In this document: positions 27,796 through 39,068 of the stretch, one piece after another
Position numbering within the stretch: the first letter of the stretch is position 1
Layout: every line of letters starts with the position of its first letter
NCBI GenBank assembly: GCA_032718475.1
Contig: JAUCBJ010009007.1
Location: forward strand, 1-42,225
Origin: Nemertoderma westbladi
Taxonomy: Eukaryota; Animalia; Xenacoelomorpha
Direction of reading: 5' to 3'
Length of the DNA stretch: 42,225 bases
The notes under the pieces: model-generated
Told to the model about the DNA's origin: nothing
What the model saw: only the letters and a program-made list of their open reading frames with translations
The model's database searches: none
Program-made: the position numbers and the translations under genes

Positions 27796-27948
27796 ATTTC
27801 TGTAGTACTGTATTGGTATTGTCTGATATTATAATAGAGCGTACTGCTGTATGTACTGTACTGTACCGTAATGTAATAAAATATCTCAATATCAAGCACT
27901 CAAGACGTGAAGACTTTCAATACTCCATACTTTTACAGACTGACATAC

Positions 27949-28523
27949 GCATTCCTTTAGGAAACAGAGTGGAAGGGTTTACTGTGGAAGATCACCCATG
28001 GTGGTGAGCAAGCATTCCTTTAGGAAACAGAGTAGAAGGGTTTACTGTGGAAAATCACTCATGGTTGTGAACAGGCATTCCTTTAGGAAAGAGAGTGGAA
28101 GGGTTTACTGTGGAAGATCACCCATGGTGGTAAACATGCATTCCTTTAGGAAACGGAGTGGAAGGGTTTACTGTGGAAGATCACCCATGGTGGTAAACAG
28201 GCATTCCTTTAGGAAACGGAGTGGAAGGGTTTACTGTGAAAGATCACCCATGGTGGTGAGCAAGCATTCCTTTAGGAAACAGAGTATAAGGGTTTACTGT
28301 GGAAGATCACCCACAGTTGTAGTGAACAGGCATTCCTTTAGGAAACAGAGTGGAAGGGTTTACTGTGGAAGATCACCCATGGTGGTGAACAGGCATTTAG
28401 GAAAGATAGTGGAAGGGTTTACTGTGGAAGATCACCCATGGTGGTGAACAGGCATTCCTTTAGGAAACAGAGTGGAAGAGTTTACTGCGGAAGATCATCC
28501 ATGGTGGTGAGCAGGCATTCCTT
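27949..28523. repeat. 63-bp tandem repeat, about 9 units
   Basis: GCATTCCTTTAGGAAACAGAGTGGAAGGGTTTACTGTGGAAGATCACCCATGGTGGTGAACAG; near-complete monomer also at ~38539-38594. Confidence 0.95.
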
Positions 28524-28991
28524 GGTGTAACGATAGGGCACACATTTGGTATTTTTATTAGATTTTTTATTTCTTCATCATAATTATGTTATTTAAATTA
28601 TGAATTATTATTAATATATGAATTATTACTGTATATGTATTATTTCGCGAAATAATTAATTAAATCGCGATTTAATTTATTTTTCGGCAATTTATATAGC
28701 GGAATTACAATGTAGAAATGCTGTACAATATCAATTATAAATACCAAATATAACGAGCCTAAAAGATTATCCCATTCAAAATATCCAGACTTATTTTAAC
28801 AGAATCTTTTCTGGGTGGCCCTGGCTTTAAGAATCCCCTTTGGAAGATGGCCGGTACATTTTACTAGTTTCCATTTTACCCCACATACATTATGTACAGT
28901 ACAATATCGAATTAACTATTAATAACATTATTTAGTAACATTCTATTCCTAGAAAAAATGCATTTCAATTATTAAATAATTGTTATTTTAG

Positions 28992-29198
28992 AACTTCCGT
29001 CTAACATGGAGCTGCAAACTGACCCAGTTACCGGTAAGGTGGTTCTGGCCCCTAAGCGATCACCGGGAATCGCGGTATTTATCGACCCGACGACGGGAAA
29101 GCAGATGATGAGAACAGCCGACGGTCGGGAGATGGAAGTAGTTGTAGACAAAGAGACCGGGAAAACATTCCTCAGAAGCAAGTCGGGGAAACTCAAAG
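28992..29198 (+). CDS. Internal exon of an uncharacterised DPxTG-repeat protein
   Basis: TTTTAG acceptor, AAG|GTT donor, 207 bp phase 1-1; LPSNMELQTDPVTGKVVL..FIDPTTGKQMMRTADGREMEVVVDKETGKTFLRSKSGKLK. Confidence 0.75.
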
Positions 29199-29715
29199 GT
29201 TCAATTAACTTATTTTGTTTTTAATTCATTAATAATAGGAATAATGTTGTTTGTTTTTAATAAGAACAACAATCCAGTTATGGATATTGTTGAGGATATT
29301 GTTGGATTTACCTACGTTTCCTTTATTCTACTGTAGTTTGACTGTACTAACTAACAGCTCACAGCAAAAACAAGGCCAAGTGTATATTTTCTCGTCACTG
29401 TTAAGGAACTTTATTTAAAAATATTAAATAATTATTTATTTATTTGTATAGAATTAGGTTTGCACTACCAAATCGCCAGTGCGACATATTGTACAGTATT
29501 TTCCAACTTTATATCGCAGTGCGACATTATTTTTCAGAACTTACTAAAATGTAGGCCTACAGTAAGAATCGAACCAATGGCCATTACATTTATCACCCAA
29601 CGAGATATCCACTACTCTAATTTGGTTCGAGAAGGACATTTTTATAATGTGAAAGAAATGAATGAAATGAAATATGTAATATAAATATATAAAATATGAT
29701 TAATTATTTCCTTAG

Positions 29716-29883
29716 AATTGGGTGATGATATGGAATTATATACGGATCCGCAAACTGGTCAGTCATTCCTGAGGAAGAAACCCGACCCCGGTATGGAGGT
29801 ATTTACTGACCCAGAAACGGGCAAACAGTATATCAGAACAAAAGACGGTAAACAGATGGAGGTGGTTTACGATAAGGAGACGG
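29716..29883 (+). CDS. Next exon of the same DPxTG-repeat protein (absent from the ORF track)
   Basis: TTTCCTTAG acceptor, CGG|GTGAGT donor, 168 bp phase 1-1; LGDDMELYTDPQTGQSFLRKKPDPGMEVFTDPETGKQYIRTKDGKQMEVVYDKETG; in frame with and paralogous to the previous exon. Confidence 0.8.
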
Positions 29884-30726
29884 GTGAGTAGGACTTCTGT
29901 ATAGGCCTAGTTTACGTTGTGTCTCTGTTTAGTGAGGATTACCTACAGTATAATGGAGATGAAATATATCCAAATAAAACACAGAGCTATCTCTACATAG
30001 CCATCTATGCTAGCACAGAAATATACAGCTTATCACATTTCTCAGGTGTGGTTGGTGAACGCAGGGTCAGTCAATCAGTCAAGGGAGTATCTCTTCTCAG
30101 CGGGGGCGCTGAAATGTCAGGGAATTCTTATAAAAATAAGACAAATCAGTGAAAAGTCAGGGATTGTGATATATACACATGGGATGAGTGTCATTTTCCA
30201 AATTGTGTAAAAATTTTCTCTGCACCCTTCGCTCGCCATTATATTTCCCTTAAATATATTATAAGTGCATTCTATCATACTACTGTATATTCGATTGATA
30301 TAATGTAGTTGTAAACTGTTAGATATACAATGTTTCACCTTCATTCCCCTGGTCTCCCGAAGGGCTCGCTACCCCTCTGAGCAAACAAATGCAAACTAAT
30401 TACAGTGGGGCAAGCCGCTAAGTTGGCTGATGCTTAGCAGGCTGACACTGTTAATTTTTACAAATACAGTAAGTATTGTCATCGTCGCCTTTACGAGGTT
30501 GACATTCTAATAACTTCGTCAGATTTAAAACCTGTCGAGTTGAAAATTTGTAGGCATCAATAGGACCAAAATTTGAGATTTTTTTTGAATAATTTATGAA
30601 TGTATATAATGTATAAAATTATGTTATAAAGAATTTTGTCATGAATAACTCAGACAGCAATTGATTCTTAAGTACAGTATTTTCAATTATACTGTATATC
30701 TATTCTGAAGATAGTGCATATCTAAG

Positions 30727-31926
30727 TCATGCAATTTCTCGTTCTATATGTGCCCCAAACAAAACCCTTTGCACTAACTTTGGCACGTCACCTGGCATAC
30801 AAAGGTAATACCAGGCTACGAACTGATGAAGAGATATATCATCCTTAACTGAAGGTCGCATTTTGTAGTTTTTTATCAAACAACGACCAACAAAATCCCT
30901 CATTTCTGGGGAGCTATCAGCTGAACAGGTTGGTCGTGGACCCTCAATGATCTCTAACTTTTGTTGCTCGAGATTTTCCAGACTGAAAGGAAATTTTCCG
31001 GTTGAGAACTCGACCAACATGACACCGAGAGACCAAATATCTGCTCGACTGTCAGTCACTCGCTGGCGGTTGCCACATAAACGAAGGCGCTCTGGTGCCG
31101 CATACAAACGGACGTGCGAGTTTGCATCATCCTTTTCTTCCATGACCGTTGTTATACCCCTCAACCTTCCTTCTATGCCGAAATCTGTTAGCTTTATATC
31201 ACCGTCTTTATTTATCCTTATACTAGAAGGCCTAACTAGGTGGAAATATTCCATATACAATATATCGTACATAAATCTCAGAGCTTCGAGAACTGAGTAA
31301 GCGATCCACCCAGCAACCTTATTTTTATTTACTAACAACTTTCGACTGCGTTCATCGAGTAGTTGGTCAAGAGTGTCGTTAATGAAAAAGGTTTCGGGTG
31401 ATTTTTCGAATAATTCCTCCAGCGACATATCCCTCGGTGATGTTTCCGTGTATAATAGGTAGGCCTGGTTTCGAGGAAAGGCATCCAGCGGTGGGAGCTG
31501 GTAGAATAATTCTCCGTAGAAATCCACAATATACGGGCACCACCAGAAATTGTATTCTATTAGTCTACTCGCAATGGCTGCTATCTTTCTATTCATTCTC
31601 TTTGACTCAGATGGTTCGCGAAAATCTTTTATCGCTTTAATGTGAACCCATTTTTCCTCGACCCGACTTCCAAGAAAACATGAATTGTATTTAATATCGA
31701 AATCAATTGCATTTAAATGGTCATCATTGAACAACACTTCTAGCTTACGACCAGTCTCTTCTTGGAAATAACCTGGAATTGGACATTTATAACCTAAAAT
31801 GGTCAGGTTAAACACCCGACCATCGTTCTGTTCTTTCTCTGCGTCGTCAATATGAGTGGAAGTGCTACAACCGGCTGTCTCTTCTCGGCTCTGCCTCTGT
31901 CCCTTCTTGTTATTCACCCCCGCCAT
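30727..31926 (-). CDS. Single-exon MAP2K (MKK7/MKK4-like) pseudokinase, 399 aa
   Basis: CPYIVDFYG, IKLTDFGIEG, YAAPERL, RADIWSLGVMLVEFSTGKFPF; catalytic loop reads FHLVRPSSI instead of HRDVKPSN; no GxGxxG. Confidence 0.85.
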   Translation of the reverse strand: MAGVNNKKGQRQSREETAGCSTSTHIDDAEKEQNDGRVFNLTILGYKCPIPGYFQEETGRKLEVLFNDDHLNAIDFDIKYNSCFLGSRVEEKWVHIKAIKDFREPSESKRMNRKIAAIASRLIEYNFWWCPYIVDFYGELFYQLPPLDAFPRNQAYLLYTETSPRDMSLEELFEKSPETFFINDTLDQLLDERSRKLLVNKNKVAGWIAYSVLEALRFMYDILYMEYFHLVRPSSIRINKDGDIKLTDFGIEGRLRGITTVMEEKDDANSHVRLYAAPERLRLCGNRQRVTDSRADIWSLGVMLVEFSTGKFPFSLENLEQQKLEIIEGPRPTCSADSSPEMRDFVGRCLIKNYKMRPSVKDDISLHQFVAWYYLCMPGDVPKLVQRVLFGAHIEREIA

Positions 31927-34208
31927 ATATAATATTTTTTGGGTTACTCACTCAATGTACTTGTACTCTACAGTATACGTTAAATAATAATTTATTGTTT
32001 ATTGTATTTGTAAATTTATTTTCTCTACCATTATTAAAGTAAACGTTATTTTCTCTAGGCATTTGCAGTACTGTGGCCTGTAAACCAATTTATTTTTTTT
32101 TTGTTAAATTTTATGCAATTTTTTTTACTATTATTATTTATCTACTGTAATAATATGTTATTTCGAGAAGTGGTCCTTTGATGTACTGTAGTTTCATTGC
32201 ACTGCCAGCATACACAGGATTCAGAGAGCCCAGTAGTGTAGGCCTACAACAAACTTATGGTGGTATCCGTTGGACACAAGTTGGGCCGCAAACTAATTAA
32301 TAATTACATTTTATTTTATTATTTAATATGTTGATTCATAGAAAAGCTCTAGAAATTAGTTAAAACGTTGTTGAAAACGTGATTCAGTTCTGTATAATCA
32401 TATATTTATTGCGGGTGAAATTTTTTAATAAGTTTGAGAAGATCCTTGAAATGACTTTTCTGATTCATCAGGTTTCACCTAAACCAATCACACTTGATTC
32501 TCTAAGTGTGCTCTTCTCCAGTAGTTGTAGTGCCATTAAAATAAAGCTTCATTGACTAATTTGTGAAAATACCTTTTGTAGTAATTTGTGACCAAAAAAT
32601 TATTACTCTACGGGTAGTAGCGTTTTCACTGCAAATTTAGTATTGAATTCAGATTATGTCATTTGTAAATACAAATTTACAGTAAACCTATGCATTAGTA
32701 ATTAAATTAATATCCATAGCATCATAGATAGGAAATGTGTTACACCTAATTTTTATACTAGCCAGGTTTTTGTTATTTTTTCAAAATGTGAACTGTTGTT
32801 AGCTAATTATTAAAAAAATGTTCTAGAATTTTTTATATATTATAAATATAAATATTTGCTAATTGTTAATGTTCTTTACTTTTGTATAAGTTCTAGAACA
32901 TTAATTGTATTCTATAACTTTTTTTTATAAAAAGTTAAAAATCATTCGCAAATATAGCAAGATTTTGCTATTTTATGGTCTGGAAAATGTTCCCTATTCT
33001 TTAAAAAATAGTTCCAGAACAAGTTTTTCTTATTCTAGAATGTTTTTAAACATTTTGTATCTTGAAATTGGCTCAATCGAAATTATTTGTAATATAACCA
33101 TTTTCATAAATAGCTAAACATGTTTTAGAACATCTTAAACAAATTTGATAGTTTAAAAATAATGGGAGAGGTACATAGTGTTGCTGTTGGCTAGAACCAT
33201 GGCCTACTTAAATAGTATTAAATAATATTATTTAAGAAGGCCATGGTAGTACCCAGTGACATAATGGAGAGGAAGTCCTTAATGCAACAAATATTACTTT
33301 GTTCGATAATAAACAATATTTAAACAAAATTCCTGTTTACCATATATGATGCCATAATGCTTACTTAACGTGCTATTCACTAAATGAAAAATTATTAATG
33401 AAAAATTATAATATAGACATAATATTTATAGGCCTAACGTTGTGAAAATAATGTTCCATTTAAAAATAACACCAAAATACTTATCGTCGCATGTTCAATA
33501 ATGTGGAACATATTTTCACTATGAGCTCGATTCATTATTAACATCCCTTCGCTCGGTAAATTAATTATAGTACATCAAGAATTTTAGTGAAAATAATGTT
33601 CTATATTATTTACCATGCAATAAATGATTATTAAATGTATGGGTACACAAACGTACAATAGAACCTACGTATACGAGCATACGGTACATACAGTAACTAT
33701 GTACAGTAGCATTAAAAAAAAAGAATTAACTTCTAGATCGTTGATTGTTAAATTTTTTTCCCGTATTTTTTTTTAAACAAAGATACGGGGCAAATGGTTT
33801 ATCAAGGAGAGTGATAAAATTTTACCGCATTATCCGTATTTTTGGGAGATTGCTTGGATATGTCTGATATCGTGATGTGTACCCAATTCTGAATTGATTT
33901 GGCAAAGATTTTTACTTAGAAATGAGACTATTATTCCGGTAAAAACACCCACTATTCACTATTCAAAAGTTATACATCACACATACATACACAAACCAAA
34001 GTGTATTTTGGTTAGACCCCCCCCCCCCCTCTTTTTTAAGGGGGGGGGGGGGGGGGGTACACTCGGACAACTCTTTGATTTATCACTACTCAGCATTTCA
34101 AAATTGTTTGGTTTTGGCTATAATTCAGAATATAGGTACCTAAGATGCCATTCTACATGACAGGTCAGAAAAGTTGTATTTTTCGATATTTAATATTAGT
34201 TAATACTA

Positions 34209-34725
34209 TTTTATTCCAAAATTGTAACATTACTCAACGCCGTCAGTATTAAACACCGAGTTGTTATTTAGCACTTTACAACTTTAGAGGACATTACAGC
34301 ATTGAATTGGCCTGTACATTTAGTATTGTATTTGGTGTTATTGTTTACGTGGTAACCCATGACGGCGTTAAGTAATGTCCACTAAGGGGACATTACTTAA
34401 CACCGTCATTGGATACCACGTAAACAATAGGTGGATATTTGTCTGACAGCCAGATAGGCCTACTGCATTACCTACCGGTAGGCGGGGTATAGCTATTAAT
34501 AACCAGTAGGGCCTAGCTATATTATTATAACATGGCTCCAAACGCCACCATAAATATAAGCTAAATTATTTATAACATAATTTATGTCATTTTTACATTT
34601 ACTTATACAGCAACTATTATAATTTGTGCAGTTTCTATCACTTATAATGTATATGACTCATTCACCCATAACACCAAGAATGTATATGTACAATCATTTC
34701 GTAATGTTAAAATTTTGGAATAAAA
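34209..34725. mobile_element. MITE with strong internal palindrome (34339-34429)
   Basis: TIR TTTTATTCCAAAATTGTAACATTAC vs GTAATGTTAAAATTTTGGAATAAAA; internal ~42-bp stem. Confidence 0.6.
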
Positions 34726-36139
34726 CTACATACATAGGGCCTACTTGTTGCAAAGTACTTTAAATAGTCCATGGGCTTGCCGGCTTAGGGGATACTTTTT
34801 GGTAACCATCTGGAACTTATATTTTTGGGAAGACCTAGCTTCTGACCATTCATTTTGATATGATAACAAATCTGAATCGGTAGCTGACTTGGTGTTATCA
34901 CCGGTTGTCATGGAAATGGCAAAATAATAAACATGCTGTAGTAGTCTAAGAACTCAATATAAATTCATCGCGTCTTCTGAAAAAGATAGCTACTGGTCTT
35001 ACTATTCTAAATGTGTCATAACATTCTGGAATATAATTATTGTTGCCATGGGAGCGCTGCTAAATGAAAACTGACATATTTTAGAAAACTAGCTACCATT
35101 ATAGAACAAAATCATTATTTTAAAAACAAATTGCCACATATTGTTGAATATTTGTTTTGGAAAATATTGGTGTACTGAGAGCGAAACTTGTTATGTTATA
35201 ACGGTTATATGATACCAAAGTTATACTCATGTCTGAAATATTTTTCTTTATCAACGTTTTAATCCCATTTCTCTCTGTTTCATAATTATGACTAACAAAA
35301 TATTTAGTTCAATGAAAAGCAATCATAATGTGACTATAGTACAATACTTCAAAATAACAAGTGATATCTAAATGGCATTTCAGACATCCCTCCTTTACAG
35401 GATACCATGACTACAGATGCAATTGAAGATGACCCAGATGCACACTATGAAACATATGACTTGACACCTACCACAAAATAAGGTTAGTATTAACTTTAGA
35501 ATATCATTGTTCCTAGATGATTTCTGCAAAGATGATTCCCTCGATAATGACATTTTTGAATACTAAATCCAGTTTATTTAATAAATACTTAATTAGATAT
35601 TTAAGTATATTCTTAGTTAGTATGATGTCATAAGAGGAAATTGAGTATTCTTAGTCCAGGGGTGTACTCTGTGATATATTTTTGATATATGTTCTAGAAC
35701 TTTTTTTTGTGTATGAAATAAACAATAACATAACAGTTTATAAGAAATTACCGATAATCAGAAAGTCCCATAGAACATCAACTTGAAACCGCAAATCTCA
35801 ACTAATTGGTAGTTTCTAAATCAAATCAACTCAAACCACCATCCATGGGTTATCACAATATACATAAATACGACCCATGCCCCTAATTAGGCCCACCACC
35901 CACCCCATTAACTATATATTAACCCACCCACATTAACGCCCCAACCCCTACATATTTGTATTAATACGTTGTTTTCATATCTGCACAAGGTCGAATTTTA
36001 AGAGGGACACTGAAATTCGGCATTCTAAGACATTAACACGCAAATTACAATCCGAAAACTAAATAATACAGCCGGCTTCGAAAATAGCGTTGGTTCCATC
36101 TCACTGGCTCCAACAGTTCTCCATATATTGCAATAGGGC

Positions 36140-36360
36140 ACTAAGGATAGGGTTTATGTTTCAATACGTTATTCTACTTGGAGATCCACACTTTTGATAA
36201 ACCTGGCATTTCAGGGCATCATCACACAACGAAACAAGTAACACTTATGTCTGTATCTTCTGCAGCAAGAACTTCAACCGATGATCCATTTTGTGCTGCA
36301 TGAAGAGCATGGAGCATGTCAGCCTCATCATGGTCGCATTGTAATTCTTCATCAGAATGT
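36140..36360 (-). pseudogene. Relic of an Academ-type transposase XPG/PIN-like domain
   Basis: ELQCDHDEADMLHALHAAQNGSSVEVLAAEDTDI, then after a frameshift ALKCQVYQKCGSPSRITY; resembles HEEADTR..LHA..DTDV. Confidence 0.6.
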
Positions 36361-36429
36361 AAATTATGTTCTGTAAGATCGTCCTGCGATAGTTACGACC
36401 TTGGTCCTGGATTAAGGACCCATATACTT

Positions 36430-37175
36430 GGCTGCAGGGGTATATGGCCTGACCAGGCAGATAATAATCTACCAATGGATGGTCAGGAGTAGCGTGCTCT
36501 CAATCTCAAATTTGAGAGCACTCCAATGCGACCTGCTCCTGGCAGCAGGGGTACCTGGCATGGCCCACCAAATTAGCTGTATAGCCAATGGTGGGTCATG
36601 TGCTTCAGAGTGGGTATGGGATGGGTGATTGGCCCCATATCTGATTAAACTGCGACACCCGCCCTGTGGAATGGCAAACCAGGGTGTGGTCTGTTCCCCA
36701 CGAGCTGACTCGGGCAAAAATGTACCCCTAACCCACTACTATGGATTGCATTAGTAACTCGAAGGTCCGGCCACTATAGGCCAGTGGAATTACCTGACAC
36801 ATTTTGCCTCACAGGCGTCAGTTTTCTTCTGACTGGCTGCCTGTCAGACCCCCCCCCCCCCCCCCTCGCAAGAGCGAGAGTGGCCAAAAATTCGGTGAGT
36901 CCCTTTCCTGATGACCGTTCTGGCCTACACCCGGGGTCGCCAGGGAGGCCAGATTGCGAGAGGGGAGGGATTCTGGAATTTGAGGCTACTCTTATGTTCC
37001 ACCCCGACCAACCAAGCCATTATTGGTGAACCTGAGGCAAGTCACTAGAGACTAGCCTCAGTTAATACCCTAACACACAGGTCACCATTGCGACAAGGCG
37101 AGCTAACTGCTCTGGCAGATATGATTGGCCTTAGTGCTGTGGGTGTTCAAGAGCACCGAATGCAGACTGATGTTA
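36430..37175 (+). mobile_element. 5' fragment of an RTE-like LINE (GC-rich leader and start of APE endonuclease)
   Basis: VNTLTHRSPLRQGELTALADMIGLSAVGVQEHRM at ~37061-37162 resembles the APE N-terminal NxxTL..EL..GIQEHR motif; left boundary uncertain. Confidence 0.5.
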
Positions 37176-38212
37176 GTGGCAATGGTGGAATGTAGACGAT
37201 ATAGTTGATATAGTCTTGTGTGAAACTTGTCCTGCAATCACTTCAGATGAACGGGAGTTATTCAAGGGGATGGTGAGAGCAGCTGTCCTTTGTTAACCTT
37301 TTACCTAAATTTTACCTAAATAATTTAATCCCACTGACTTAGGTAATGATGGTTGTCTTGAACTACTGGCTATACTTTTATCGGATGGACGATACCACTC
37401 TCTGCTGACTTCTACTGTAGTAAAGAAATGTATCACAGGGTACACCCCTGGACTAAGAATACTCCATTTCCTCTTATGACATCATACGAAAGAAGAATAC
37501 TTACATACCCAATTGAGTATTTATTAAATAAAGTGGATTTAGTATTCAAAAATGTCATTATCGAGGGAATCATCTTTGCAGAAATCATCTAGGAACAATG
37601 ATGATAAATATATAATATGCTAAAGTTAATACTAACCTTATTTTGATGATTGCTTTTCATTGACCTAAATATTTTGTTAAAGTCATAATTATGAAACAGA
37701 GTGAAAGGGGATTAAAATGTTGATAAAGAAAAATATTTCAGACATGGGTATAACTTTGGTACCATATATAACCGTTATAACAAAACAAGTTTCGCTCTCA
37801 GTATACCAAAATTTTCCAAAACTAATATTCAACAACATGTGGCAATTTGTTTTTAAAATAATGATATTGTTCTAGAATGGTAGCTATTTTTCTAAAACAT
37901 GTCAGTTTTCATTTAGCAGCGCTCCCATGGCAACAATGATTATATTCCAGAATTTTATGACACATTTACAATTGTAAGACCAGTAGCTATTTTTTTCAGA
38001 AGACGCGATGAATTTATATTGAGTTCCTAGACTACTACAGCATGTTTGATATTTTGCCATTTCCATGACAACCGTGATAACACCAAGTCAGCTACCGATT
38101 CAGCTTTGTTATCATATCAAAATGAGTGGCCAAAAGATAGGTCTTCCCAAAAATATAAGTTCCAGATGGTTACCAAAAAGTATCCCCTAAGTCGGCTGGC
38201 CCATGACTATTG

Positions 38213-38297
38213 ACAGTGTTCTGATCCTGTGGCTTTATTTTCACTCACTCACTAACGTTCGTTCGTGTAACAAAGCCACTCGGATCATCACACTGTA
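38213..38297. repeat. Small inverted-repeat element
   Basis: ACAGTGTTCTGATCCTGTGGCTTT vs AAAGCCACTCGGATCATCACACTGT. Confidence 0.55.
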
Positions 38298-38748
38298 AAG
38301 TGCTACAGTACTTTACACACAAGTATGTAAATAGTTATAACAATTAAAAAACTTGGTTGCGCTTAAAATTCTAAGGCTTTTACAGTTTTAAATTTAATCA
38401 TATGAAAGTTTTTTATATGATAGATCAAGGATGGGGCAACATAACTATCAGACGAAATTTTGTGAAAAGGAACCTGTGCCACTAGGTGGTGCTGCAAATT
38501 TATGCTAATTTTTGGGTTTTTTATAAATAGTATCATTATAGTGGAATGGTTTACTGTGGAAGATCACCCATGGGGGTGAACAGGCATTCCTTGGCTTTAC
38601 GAGCCCATTCATAAATAGTATTAAATTTTATTAAATAAAATTTCAAAAAGTTGTCTGATATTTTTATGCAGGGTTGCTATTTAGACACCCACATAAATTT
38701 TCAGGCCAGTTTTTCAAAAATTCTAGAACTACAGTTATAGGATTTTGA

Positions 38749-38855
38749 AATTGAAAATTTCCCAAAAAAAATATTTGGAGATATTCGACCTTTCATTTGT
38801 ATGTATAATGAAAGGTCGAATATCTCCAAATATTTTTTTTGGGAAATTGTCAATT
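38749..38855. repeat. Near-perfect palindrome (~49-bp stem, 9-nt loop)
   Basis: AATTTCCCAAAAAAAATATTTGGAGATATTCGACCTTTCATT / AATGAAAGGTCGAATATCTCCAAATATTTTTTTTGGGAAATT. Confidence 0.92.
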
Positions 38856-39068
38856 AGGTAGTAGAGACAGGGGGGGGGGGGGGGGGGGGGGGACTGGACG
38901 CAAATCCCATCTTGGCGAATTAATAAATATAATGTAATTAATTGTTTTAAATGATGTATAGCTAGGGGAAAGTCACTAAAGAATAAGACTAAAACTAATT
39001 TTATTATTTTTTTAAGGATGATTCACACCAAAGGGGAAAGCTGAGAGTTTAATTTAAACTGCATCAAA

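Larger units (their letters stand above)
34765..38209. mobile_element. Foldback DNA transposon, probably a degenerate Academ element
   Basis: Very long TIRs (~34765-35682 vs ~37426-38209), TAG...CTA termini, and an internal relic with an HxEAD..LHA..DTD motif; no TSD match. Confidence 0.65.
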
